Source: Takakia lepidozioides
Taxonomy: Eukaryota > Plantae > Bryophyta
Reading direction: 5' to 3'
DNA: 64,000 nucleotides
Assembly (NCBI GenBank): GCA_030704615.1
Contig: CM060732.1
Location: 55,986,001 to 56,050,000 of the forward strand
Shown: in pieces, positions 11,184 to 23,400 of the stretch
Layout: each line of letters begins with the position of its first letter
Position numbering within the stretch: the first letter of the stretch is position 1
Translations under genes and position numbers: made by a program
Notes under the pieces: generated by a model
What the model was told of the DNA's origin: nothing
Databases searched by the model: none
What the model saw: only the letters and a program-made list of their open reading frames with translations

Positions 11184-14100
11184 TCACCAGTAATCCCCAC
11201 AGGAACATTCCCCATCTTGGAAGTGATGGAAGCGATTGGCATCCCGTACAACAATTGCTCGCCCAACAATTTTTGAGATGAACTTGGTGGCCGTGTGACA
11301 GTCACCACACACCCGAAGGTTCTTGATAATGCGAAGAGCTGTCCCAGGGGGCGTACTGATCAGCCCAAAAGCAATGGCAAGCTTCTCACTGTGGTGGCAA
11401 AGAGAAAATTCCTTTTGCTGTTCCGCCACATCATGCAGTACAAAGCTCGTGTCAGGGGAGTATCCGACGTCCTTCATTTGCCCAGACAGTCTGTTCAGCT
11501 CAGCGTGGATTTCGTTGATTTGGGGATGCAATGTGTCTGCAACAACGAATGCATGCACCCGGTTGTCAACCTGAATGGAGCTATAGCCTGGCTCCTTTTT
11601 CACACCTCGCTCCTTCATCTTTTTTCTGACCTTTGCTGCATCATCCCACCTGCCAGCCGCAGCATAGATGTTGGACAGCAGCACATAAGTTGCAGCATCC
11701 TGTGGATTCCAATTGAGAAGCCATTTTGCTGCACGTTCTGCTACCTCCACATTGCCATGAACTCTGCAGGCACCAAGGAAGGCTTTCCATGCCACAGCAC
11801 CTGGTTCGATTGGACTTTTGGTGATGAAGTCCTCTGCCTCCTCCAATCTCCCTGCACGGCCAAGAAGGTCCACCATGCAGCCAAAATGCTCCCCTGTAGG
11901 AGTGAGGCCATGATCTCGATTCATGGAATCAAAGAAATGGCACCCTTCATCCACTAAGCCCACATGGCTACATGCAGAGAGAAGACATACGAAGGTGATA
12001 CCATTCGGCTTCAAGCCTTCCTGCTGCATTTCTGCAAATAGTTGCAGGGCTTCCATACCAGAGCCATTCTGAGCATATCCTGCAATGATTGTGTTCCATG
12101 AAACCACATCTCGTTGAACCATTTTATCAAGCACTTGGCGGGCGTCCTTTATGCTCCCGCATTTGGCATACATGTCAATAAGGGTATTCTCCAGATTGAT
12201 ATTGGGCTCAATTCCAGCTTTGATGATGTCACCATGGACCCCTATGCCCCTTTCCAACGCTGCCATACTGGCACATGCATTGAGAACACAGATGAATGTC
12301 ACCCTGTCAGCTATCACCTGTTCTTGTTTCATTTGCTCATAGAACTCGAAAGCCTCCCTGCCAAACCCATTCTGAGCATATCCTGCAATCATGACACTCC
12401 ATGAGAAAACATTTCGTTGACCCATATTGTCAAACACTTGACGCGCATCCTTCATGCTCCCACATTTGGCATACATGTCGACAAGGGCAGTCCCCAGAAT
12501 GACATCTTGTGCAATTCCAGCTTTGGTGAGGCGCACGTGGACCTCTTCACCCTTTTCCAGGGCGGCCAGGCTGGAACATGCACCGAGAACACAAATGAAT
12601 GTGACTTTGTCAGGCATCACACCTTCTTGCATCATCTGCTCAAATATCTCCAAAGCCTCCATACCACAACCATTCTGAGCATATCCTGTGATCATTGCAT
12701 TCCATGAGACCTTATCTGGTTTAGCCATTTTGTTGAACACTTCACGTGCATCCTTCATGCTCCCACACTTGGCATACATGTCGACAAGGGCAGTCTCCAG
12801 AATGACATCTTGTGCAATTCCAGCTTCGATGATGTCTGCACAGACCTCTTTGCCCTTCTCAAGAGCTGACAGCCTCGCACATGCCTTGAGAACACAGGTG
12901 AATGTGACCTTATCAGGCTTAACCCCTTCACACATCATTTGTTCATACATCTCCAAAGCCTCCCTACCAGACCCATGATTGGCATATCCTGCGATCATAG
13001 TGCTCCACGAAACCATATCTCGTTCAACCATGTTGGCAAACACTTGGTGCGCGTCCTTCATGCTCCCACATTTCGCATACATATTAATGAGGGTGTTTTC
13101 TAAGTTGATATATGACACGATCCCAAATTTGATGATGTCACCATGGACCTCTTTGCCCTTTTCCAGGGCTTCTATGCTCGCACACGCCTTGAGAATGCAC
13201 AAGAATGTGACGTCATCAGGCGTCACCCCTTCCCGTATCATTTGCTCATACATCTCCACGGCTTCCTGACCAACCCCATGCTTCATATATCCTGTCATCA
13301 TTATAGTCCACGTAAACAAAGTCCGTTCAGGCATTTTGTCAAACACTTGGCGTGCATCCTTCATGCTCCCACACTTCGCATACATGTTGACAAGCGTATG
13401 CTGTAGATTAGATGACATGATTCCAGACTTGATGATGTCAGTATGGACCTCTTTACCCGTTTCCAAAGCTCCTAGGCTGGCACACGCCTTGAGAACACAC
13501 ACAAACGTGACACTGTTTGGCATCACCCCGTCCTGTATCATTTGCTCATACATCTCAACAACCTCCCGATAACACTCGTGCTTCAGACATGCTGCCATCA
13601 TTGTACTCCACGTAAACAAAGTTCGTTCAGGCATTTTGTCAAACACGTTGCGTGCATCCACCATGCTTCCACACTTGGCATACATGTTCAAAAGGCTGTT
13701 GAGTACGAAGATGTTCGGTTTGAACCCACTTTGCACAATGTGGGCATGCACCTGCTTTCCCTCTGATAGGCCTTGCATGTTGATGCACTCGTGCAAGAGA
13801 CACACACAAGTTTCAGAATCTGCTAAAATCCCATGGTGGTTCAAAATCTGCAGGGCCTCTTTGAGTTGTCCAGCCTTACATAATGTCCTCACTTTGCCAC
13901 ATTGTGCTTGACCTTGCACCATGGCAGCTAGCTCTTCTTTCACCCAAGGAGGGTTCGACCAACCCTCAATCCACAGGGCCTCCTTTGTGTGCTTATGTCT
14001 GTAGTCTGGTGCTCTCGGATTCCTCTGTGAAAATCACCAATGGCCAGCTGAGGAGCCGTTGCTTAAACCACAGCCTCACATACATCGGGCTACCACCAAC

Positions 14101-15035
14101 CAAGCTCCAAGCATCCTTCAGTAACAGTGAGGAAACTTAGGCTACTAATGTCATGGCCTGCTAAGCTTATAATGAAGACCAACTAGTAGACAGTAGCTGC
14201 AATTTTACTGCTTTTCACGAGACAGAATAACATCACCGGTAATCATAGCAATTGGAGATACAGTCCAGTGCACAGAAACATCATCAGAACAGCTTCAGTC
14301 ACAAGCCCTCCTTGACAAACTCTTTTGCATCCTAAATGGAGATTGCCTCACCTTATCAAACCTGTTGTCCCACCACAATGAAGGATCCGAGAAGAACTCT
14401 TTCCAGAGCCGCTCTGTGCTCATTGTTTGACCCATGTGCAAGACTGTGAGAACATGAGAATTTTGTGAGCTTCCAATTGCCTCAAGTCTACATAAAAAGC
14501 TTGCAGTGGCATTTCACTAGGCAAGGGCCGAACCCTGTCATAAATCTCTCCCTAAGGAAACCCCTTGCGAGAGGTCATCCGCAGAGTACCTGCACCTAAA
14601 TCTCTCTCGCAGCCATACAGTGAATGGAAAGAAGATAAAAAGATATAAGTAATTTCAGCAGATCCCGAGGGAGCTCGTGGACGGAAGGCAACGGTATCAT
14701 TACATCCTACATACCAACGGGTGAAATTCTCCGACCAAGACGGTCATACTGCTCCTGGACCGGGTCACAGAGAAATGGAGCATGGATAACTGAAGCTCAG
14801 ACTTTTGAACACACCCAATTCAGAAAAAGGAAAATCATCCCATATCCATACCTTTCTGCGCTACCCCTGTAGCCGGGAGAGGCCTCACATTCATCACTCT
14901 CAAGGGAACCGGGTCCCATTTCAGGTCTACACCCTGGCCCGACAATCTGCTCCATGATGTGGGGCTTCCCTCTCTTTCGACGCACGCAGATGACACTGCC
15001 TTGGGTAGTGCCCCTCCCTGCGACCTCAGAACCAT
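11184..15035 (-). CDS. PLS-E1-E2-DYW (PG-box) PPR C-to-U editing factor with N-terminal PDF (OSB-type) motif, about 1063 aa
   Basis: 20 PLS motifs, E1/E2, PG box, HSEKLA, CGDCH and a DYW end in ORF 11184-13943. The frame stays open to an acceptor at 14024. Model exons 15035-14852, 14789-14715, 14443-14352 and 14024-11184 are all GT-AG and phase-compatible. The last two exons are well supported; the first two and the start codon are tentative. Confidence 0.9.
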
Positions 15036-15663
15036 CTCTGTAGTTGCAGAGGTCGGAGACCAAGGTGCCACACACCATCTCCAAACTCCTGCCTACCCCT
15101 GCAATGGGACTAGCAAATCGGAGGATGAAATGGATGAGCCAAACAAACATAAATACATTTGAAGGATGAGAAGCAGCACCCTATTATTCATCCATCCGGA
15201 CCTCAGCGCTTGCAAATGATCAACATATACCCAGAGGAAAGAAATATCGTCTAAGAAAGCAAAAATCTCCCTAATGTCTTGCACCCTTTTTTTTTTCGAA
15301 CAGCCATAACTTCCTCACTCCGGGTATTGAAAAGCCGCAAATAGGAAGATTGTAGTCCGGATTGAGAGCTGTCCAACACCTCCCTCGCCGCAAGGGAACA
15401 ACGGTATCAAAGTTATAACGTCCAAAATCCATGGAACGGCATCAGAATGTAGCAAGAGATTCTGCTGCTTGCCTTTGCTGTTGTTGCCTGTCACATTGGC
15501 CCAAGGTATTGGCGAGGGGACGGTGAGGCTGCCGCCCTTTGTATAGAGGTGGACGAGCCCCCACAAACAGAGATGAAATTGGAGGTTGAAAAGGGGCAGC
15601 CCGGGCGGGCCCAATCTCTAAGGTTTCTTGCATGGATTTCAAATCACACCCATCAAGATAAAA

Positions 15664-15724
15664 GGATTTGACCCCATAACCCTATGGGTGGTACTTAGTG
15701 CACTATCCAACTGAGCTACTGACT
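15664..15724 (-). repeat. tRNA-derived SINE-like head (second copy about 38121-38182)
   Basis: Minus strand GTAGCTCAGTTGGATAGTGCA (A-box-like) and GGGGTCAAATCC (B-box-like) at tRNA spacing, without a proper cloverleaf. Confidence 0.45.
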
Positions 15725-15796
15725 ATTGGTACCCGGAAATTATGTCGTGACTTGAAAGAATTGTTTGAGTCAAAAAACAAATTACGGGGTAGTTTC

Positions 15797-16504
15797 CAGT
15801 GTTGGGCGGGTATGACAATTTGGGCATATTGAAGGGTCCGGTAAGGCATCTTTGTTTAAATCGGTATGGAGGGGGTTATATATAATGTAGGGGTTTGGAA
15901 ATTGTGGCGGATAGAGGTTATCAATAGAAGTGTCCCCCAAAAAACGTTCTCAGGTTATCAATATGCCATTATCCAGTGGATAACGGTTATCAATATAACC
16001 AGTATGATATGATATATTAAGATTTTAAGAGGACCAGAAAGAAAGAAAAAAACAAAAGGAAACAAAATGAAATATGAAGAATCACAATTAAGAGGACCAG
16101 AATTGGCTCAGAAAAGGGAAAAAAAGAAAAAAGAAAAGAGATAGGAGTCCTACAACTCCTGGTTTTTCTTCCAAAAAGCCTTTGACTAAGATTCCTCTTA
16201 AATGCAGACCCCATGTGGCTACATAATTACTACCCATGAATGTAGCCAAGTTCTAATAAAATCTCAAGGTATTGTTCAAAAGTTACTACATGACTAATTT
16301 TCAAGGTTCAAGTCGGGTACCATGTAATAAGCCAAGTTGGCCCCTGCCGATTCTAGCTTGGGCCGGAAAGTGACGAGATGGCCCTAGTCGGTTCTAACTC
16401 AAGCCGGGTCCACCAAAAATTTGGGTGGCGGGTCTCAATAGTATGATACCCTGATTATTACCCGGCCGGGTATATATGTCAACATATATACCCGCCCAAC
16501 ACTG
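15797..16504. mobile_element. Non-autonomous hAT-type element (MITE)
   Basis: TIRs CAGTGTTGGGCGGGTA / TACCCGCCCAACACTG and 8-bp TSD GTAGTTTC/GTAATTTC. The paralogous site near 38183 carries GTAGTTTC once and lacks the element. Confidence 0.88.
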
Positions 16505-16562
16505 GTAATTTCCCCACGGTAAAGCTTTCACAGCCTTATGGGTGGTTATTCTCAAAATTGGT

Positions 16563-18768
16563 TGTTCTAGAAAAGTACATGCACGGTGATGGGTGGTATG
16601 GAAGAATGAACAAATAGGTTGCAGGGAAATGAGGTTGCAACGAGAGTGCATACAAAGAAGGCGATACTAAGATGGCAATCGCATGAAAGAGAGGACCTAC
16701 GCAGAACGAAGACAAGATTCAAACGAGGAGACGGAATGAACAGAGGAGGTATTCTGTCAAATGCAAAACAAGGGACAAATTTCTACAAGCTACCATAACG
16801 ATATGTATTGGAGGAGCAATTTCGCTGAAGATAGTCTGGCAAAGATGGACGAGTTTTTGTAAGAAGCTTGTGTGGCTGGACTGTGTGCGTTGGAAAAGGG
16901 TGGCACACTTCTGCATCTACATCTATGGTTTGTAGGTATATACTTCAAGTATTCAAATGCTGAACAGGCTCATAAAAAAAAAATTGGGATGGGTAGATCC
17001 ACAAATTGCGCCTCCCGGTCATCTAGTTCATTGTAAATTATGAGAGACAAGGATCTTCATACATTTGTTGGCACGGTGGGCTACTGTCTCAAAGACATCG
17101 ATGAACCACACTTTCGGTTTGTGCATAAATGTATTGTTGCTGAGCAGATGCAACATAGCATGGATGAATATGTGAAGTTCGGTGCTTTTGCCACAAAAAA
17201 CTGGGTCTGCCTCTCGCACCGGAATATGTCGGAGCGTGCACAGATGTGACATAAACACAAAATGCGTAGACAGCTCTAGGCTACTCTCCCTGCAGTTCCT
17301 TTTCACATGTTAAGATCTGGGAAGTTATCCTGCAGCAGGGTGGGTGGTTCCGTTCAAAAACGGCGGCATGGATTATGAAAGATCCACATCCATCTGGAAA
17401 TCTATGGTTTCACCATATGAGCTCACCATGCAACGACGTAGCCATAATTTTTTTTGAGGGCTCGTCTGTTTTTTCTAGGCTTCAAGACTTGGGGGCTACA
17501 AGAGTTTCCGAAAATGCTGCTGTCCCGACACTCTCATCCATTACAACAGAAACAAGGTTTTACAACTGGGTTTCACGACTATTTTCTAGTAGTAAGTCCC
17601 TCATGACTACTGTAGGCATGTGTACGTTACAATCATGTATCCCATAACTGACTCAAGACCAGTGACGTATCATGTAAGTGGGCAGACTAGAGGATGACGT
17701 GTAGACATATATATCAGCTTCGTAATGACTGCAGTCATCCACGTGGTAGACACGGGGCAAGACGCCTCATAGACATGTGTTCACACGACCTTGCCACATT
17801 GCTGAAGTGCAATCACATATATCATAAAGTGAGTCACATATACCATAGTGTCACGACATCAACATTTTTGGTAATTCTTGTAGCCCCCAAGTCTTGAAGC
17901 CTAGAAAAAACAGATGAGCCCTCAAAAACAATTATGGCTATGTCAACCATGGTGAGCTCATGTGGTGAAACCATAGTTTTCCAGATGGATGTGGATCTTT
18001 TGAATGTAACCACCCACCCTGCTGCAGGATAGAACTACCCAGATCTTAACATATGTAGAGGAACTGCAGGGAGAGTAGCCTGGAGCTGTCTACGCATTTT
18101 GTAATCATGTCACATCTGTGCACTCTCCGATATATTCTGGTGCGAAAGGCATACCCAGTTTTTTGTGGCAAAAGCACCGACCTTCACATATTCATCCATG
18201 CCATGTTGCATCCGCTTAGCAACAATACATTTATGCACAAACCAAAAGTGTGGTTCATCGATGTCTTTGAGACAGTAGCCCACATGACAACAAATGTATG
18301 AAGGCCCCTATCTCTCAATAATTTGCAATGAACCAAATGACGGGAGGCGCAATTTGTGGATCTACCCATCCCAATCTTTTTTTAATGAGCCTGTTCAGCA
18401 TTTGAATACTTGAAGTATATACCTACAAACCATTTTCCAACGCACACAGTCCAGCCACACAAGCTTCTTGCAAAAACTCGCCCATCTTTGCCAAACAATC
18501 CTCAACGACATTGCTCCTCCAACACCTATCGTCACCCTAGCTTGTAGAAATTTGTCCCATGTTTTGCATCCGGCATACTTCCTCCTCTGTTCATTCCGTT
18601 TCCTCGCTTGAATCTTGTTTTCCCTCTACGCAGGTCTTTTCTTTCGCGCGATCACCTTCCAAATTGCCATCTCAGTATCGCCTTCTCGTATGCACTCTCA
18701 TCTCCCTGCAACCTGTTTGTTCGTTCTTCCATACCACCCATCGCCGTGCATGTAGTTTTCTAGAACAA
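16563..18768. mobile_element. Long inverted repeat made of two decayed Replitron-like HUH transposase copies
   Basis: Arms 16563-17503 and 17876-18768 are reverse complements. The left arm encodes GLCALEKGGTLLHLHL (HUH at 16914-16922) and LHTFVGTVGYCLKD (YxxK at 17082), with stops and frameshifts. Confidence 0.78.
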
Positions 18769-18948
18769 TCTAGAACAATCAACACAGGTTGCAGCCCACA
18801 CGTTCACATACATGAACCATCCTCCGTTTTTAGGACCTCCTTACACAAGGGATATTTCGTCAATCCCTCTATTGATTTACTATATATCCCCTCATTCTAA
18901 TTCCTAGACCATCCTTTAATCGACAGAGCCCAAGCAAACTTGGGGGCT

Positions 18949-19027
18949 GAGAGAGAGAGAAGGCTCCGGCCAAGGCTGGCGTAACTAAGCCTTGCGGCTA
19001 CTGCCCCCTTTGGGGAGTGGGCCCTAT
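18949..19027 (-). mobile_element. 79-bp retroposed insertion: 3'-terminal motif of the Dualen-like element plus (CT)n tail
   Basis: 12-bp TSD AACTTGGGGGCT at 18937-18948 and 19028-19039. The insert is homologous to 36991-37072 (-) and 49361-49435 (+). Confidence 0.85.
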
Positions 19028-19351
19028 AACTTGGGGGCTTATTACTCCTTGGGCTTTTAGTCCCTCTCTTATAAAGTTCAGGACTTCCATCCCGTTTCTT
19101 TCCCAAAAAAACGATAATAAATTCGATGTATGTACAGCATTCATGCTAAACTGTCAGACTTTACAATCTGATTGAGTCTAAAATTTGTCAACTCTGAGTT
19201 TCAACACTCTGGTATACGGTTATACGCAGCTAGAATTATGAGAGAGAAACCAAAACATGCATTCACAGTTTCCTTTCATGCTAAGAGGAACACTCTCGGA
19301 CGCTCACAATGACCACTGCACAATATCTCCCTTCTCATGGCCGCACTCACT

Positions 19352-20038
19352 TCATCTCTTGTCAAGTTGTGCAAGACCAGATTGAATAATCCGGATCTCT
19401 TCTTTAATCTCCTTCTTTTTCAGATCAATGAGATTATCCCGCTTCTGCTTTCGCAGATCCTCCAGCTCCGCTTTCAAATCCCTCAATTTCTGCGCCAATT
19501 CGTCACGAACCGACACCGGTGGTGGAGCCGAAGGTCGACCAAGTTCTCCATGGACAGCGGCAGGCTTCGGCGGAGTATTAGTGTGCACAGGAGGACGCGT
19601 GGTTGACTGATCTCTCGGATACACATAGTATGTTCCTGCCACAATCGCCAGAGCCGCAGACACTGCCGCCACCCCTACCGCTGCCCCACTCTTGCGCGCG
19701 CCAGTATCTTGTGTCTGCAACAGATAGACGTATCCACGACGGAGAATTAGGAGCGCAATTCTACACTTTAACGAACCATACATCCAATCTCACCCCGCAT
19801 TGCGCTCTCCTTACGTTACACCGGACCGAGATGCTTGCAAAATCTTCAGTGTCAGCTTGAACACGCAGACTGAACTGGAAGACAAGAAACTAATAAAGGA
19901 ACTCGTTCTTTCCTGTATTGAACTCGATCAAAAAGAGCAAAGCCATACTGCTGCAGAGAGGGAGCGACATTGGCTCAAGCCGATCCGAGCGTGACGATGA
20001 ACCGGAAGTTTACGCACTAAGTTTACTGCCCGCGTCAT
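19352..20038 (-). CDS. Uncharacterised 177-aa protein: presequence-like N-terminus, one TM helix, Pro-rich linker, C-terminal coiled coil
   Basis: Exons 20038-19949, 19874-19794 and 19714-19352, with two phase-0 GT-AG introns (74 and 79 nt). N-terminus MTRAVNLVRKLPVHRHARIGLSQCRSLSAA, TM AAVGVAAVSAALAIVAGTYYVY, heptads LAQKLRDLKAELEDLRKQK. Confidence 0.68.
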
Positions 20039-20422
20039 GCCCCCCGTGTGTCACCGCATCCACAAGCCTTCCAGGCACCGCAATCCACAGAAACAGGGCA
20101 CGCCTTCACGCTTTGGGCAAATGAGCTAAGCCTCGCCTAGTATTAAGATGGAAAGTGCAGCACTACTTAAACCCTAGTGCGCTTGCTTGTGCGTCGTGCT
20201 GATGGCAGCAGCTAGGGTTACAAGTCCCGTGCACACTAGCGAACTTGGTTGGGAGCGTGATTCACTCGCACCCCATTTCTGGGAAACAGAGCAATCGGGC
20301 ACTCCGCTGGGCCATCAATACAGGCGTTTGACCGGCCTGCACCAACAGGCACGCATCCCTCTCCTTGCCCTACCCGCGACCTGCAATAAGCGCAGGGCGC
20401 TGCGAAGAACTGCTTGGACGCA
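20039..20422. promoter_or_regulatory. Short bidirectional promoter region
   Basis: 384 bp between divergent ATGs, with telo-box AAACCCTAG at 20169-20177 and site II motif TGGGCC at 20308-20313. Confidence 0.55.
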
Positions 20423-23400
20423 ATGGGGAGGACAGTTACCACCGAGAAAACACCGCTGCTGCAGCCGAATCTCCGTTCTACGACGGTACGTACTTTCTTG
20501 GTCTCTCTTTTTCTCTAGTGTTCTGACTTTTTGCCTGTGAAACTGAAGATGCTCGAAAGTTGGCTGTTTAGAAAGGAATTATGGACTCCCCTCCTTCACA
20601 GACCTTCGAGGGAAGCATTGATGGAAATTGAAAGTAATTAACCAAGGAGGAAATATTGTTGGTAAGTCGAGCGAGTGGGACTCGTGATCAATTGAAAATT
20701 CTCCAGAGTGAATCTTGTACAGCAACTCCTGTGAGGCCATGCTATGCTAGTAGATAGTCGAAAAGAATTTCAGTTACAAGAGTGGTTATGGTCCAGCAAA
20801 TAGGGCGCGATGTTCCAGAAGAGTCAATTGGCCTCCTTGGAGAGATTAGAGGACGTACCATTAGAGATTTGAACTCCTCTTACTTCTTCTGCCTTGCATA
20901 CTCAAAACTGAGCCTTGTGTGCAACGTTGTAAGGCTCAAACTTTAAATCACATAATCAGTACTACCAGAGGTGCTACTGCAGGCCTAGTGCTTGGAACGC
21001 GTAGTCTGGTTTACATTACTCTGCCCTTTTCCCTCAACATCTCGTTTGCTAGAATGTAAGGGTTTTTGTAATTCTGTCTTTTTTCAACTTTCTATCCTCG
21101 AGTTCCAAGTTTCAACAGAGGAGAGAGCTACTCTGAAAGGGAGCCCTCAGCTGAGCCAGGCAAGTCATCTGCAGTAGTTCCCTTGTGTACATTGGTTGAG
21201 AAACGTCCAGTTGGTTCTATTCTTGGGGAAGCGCACTGAAAAACCAGGTGTTGGAGCAAAAGTTGTACAGCCTTTGTTGTAAGAGGCCTTCTTGGCTATG
21301 TATGTTTATGTAGGTGATTACTTAACTGTAACGTGCTTTTGCTTTGTTTTTGCAGCAAACAGGCAAAGCTCCTGATCCAGTGGCCAATGTTGCAGCCAGC
21401 GGTGCTGTGGTAAATGATCTCGAACATGGTGATGCTGTCAAGGTAGGTGCCAATGGTTCAAACTCTTGTTGTGTGTTGAGATGCAACTCGTACCAGTGCC
21501 TCATGCATTGTGAAGCGAGAATTGCCTGCACTGTTATGTACTTAATATTTCCGGCACCTATGTGAAAGTGAACACATGTGTCTGAGCCACTAACGATCGT
21601 AGCCATTGGCTATACAACTGTGATATCTCTGCAGTGGATCATTCGGTTCTCTTGTTTTTGCAGAAGGTTTCTGTGTCATGGAAAATACAGATGTAAAACT
21701 TAGAAGAAAATTATATCAACCGCTATTCCCTGTAAGGAAATGACCCAAGCCCTTGAAAAGCTTACTGGTTCACTGTCCCTAGGAGGCAAAGTCAAAATGT
21801 TTCTAGTTGCCTGCATGGCTCTAGTGGCCCAGTCCATTTAAAGAACATGAAGGATAGGCGGATATAGATGAACTCAAACACTTCGCCGTATATTTAAAGC
21901 CTGAAATATTGTCTAATAGGTATAAAGTGGGGTGTTGTGACTTGTTTCGTTTGTGATTTTGTTGATTGTAGGCGGAAAATGTGGGATTTGGTCGCATTTT
22001 GCAATTGGTGAGTGCTCATCTCCTTGCATGCTTTATGCTTTCGATGGTAATATGGAAATTGTTTTAGCAGACTTGCGAGCCAAGGAAGCGTTCTTGACTT
22101 GTTCCTTCAATTGTGAAACTGGCAATGAGCTTGAAATTTCTAGATGTCCTAGAAGCATAGATGCATAATTGAGTTCGGAATACCAAGTAATTTATGTAGA
22201 CACAAGGAGTACTCTGAGCGACAAGAAAGTTATCTAGTCGTAGGTGACATTTCCATTATTTATGAATGCGCCTTGGGCTCGCTGAGGTTGGTCGTTTCTC
22301 ATTTACCGGCAAGGGGTCAATGTCCAGTGTTGTCCTATTGACTTATTTCCTTATGTAACAGGCAAGGCCAGAGGCACCCGTGCTGATTTTGGCAACAATA
22401 GCACTATTTGTTTCATCATTCTCCAATGTTTTACTGGTCTGTCTCAATTTCCAGTCCTTGCTTCAGTTTGTACGTAGCTGACTATGTGCTTGTGTCATAT
22501 TGTTGCTCAAAAGGATTGATGTACCGAATGGTGTTTGGTTTCTGTTCAATTCAAAACGATGGGAAGGGACTCCTCATGATGATATTTTGAAATTGGAAAA
22601 ATATTGTTTAATGGATGCAAGCCTGATGGAAGAGTTTTGGTGGAATGTGAATCAGCCCACATTTGCAGGCAAAGTCATAGACATTGTGACAACGAACCCA
22701 GATACAGAGGAAGGGCGTGAGGCAGCCTTGGCGGCAGTCAACAGGACCATTTTAGTCATTGTTGGGGTTGTCATTATCGGGTTAGCGTCTCGCACTTTCT
22801 CGCCTGAGTAGTTTCGTAATACCCTGGGTTTGTCTGACTGGCTTTCATGCCTTTCCTAGGTACAGGTGTTGGCTCTGAACCCCCCTACCTGGGACCAGCC
22901 CCAAGGACAAGTGGTGATGAGAGCCGCTCCAGCTTCATTGCTGCAGAGTAGAATAAGGGAGCATTAGTCTTCTACACAATGTGTCAAACATGTTTTAAAT
23001 GTACAACACTTGTATTGCTTTCCAATTGGAGATTATGTTGATAGTTCTTTCTTTAGTTTATCTCAGTAAGCACCTCTTTTCCTGTTTTTCCCACTGTTTC
23101 CAGAATGTGTAACTTAAGACTGAGCTAACTTCAGACATGCTAAGATAGAAGTCTTTGTGATGTATACGCATTCCCATGTCCCTTCCAGATCCAATTCTAA
23201 GCAGACAGAAAATCAGCTTCCTAAGGGAGACACCATTGTACTCACATGCATGGTCATTTCAAGGTGGACATGCAGTCTCCCGCTCACGTCTAGAAGGATG
23301 AATATCCTGAGAAGCTGAACTTCAGACATGCTAAGATAGAAGATTTTGTGATACATACACATTCCCATGTCCCTTCCAGTTCCAATTCTAAGCAGACACA

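Noticed and set aside
11184-11600. U-to-C (DYW:KP type) editing domain
   Set aside because: The domain has a canonical PG box, HSEKLA, CxDCH and DYW end, typical of C-to-U enzymes.
13941-13943. GTG start codon of the 919-aa PPR ORF
   Set aside because: ORF-finder artefact; the frame continues to a splice acceptor at 14024.
15664-15724. Functional tRNA gene
   Set aside because: A- and B-box-like motifs are present, but the acceptor and anticodon stems do not pair.
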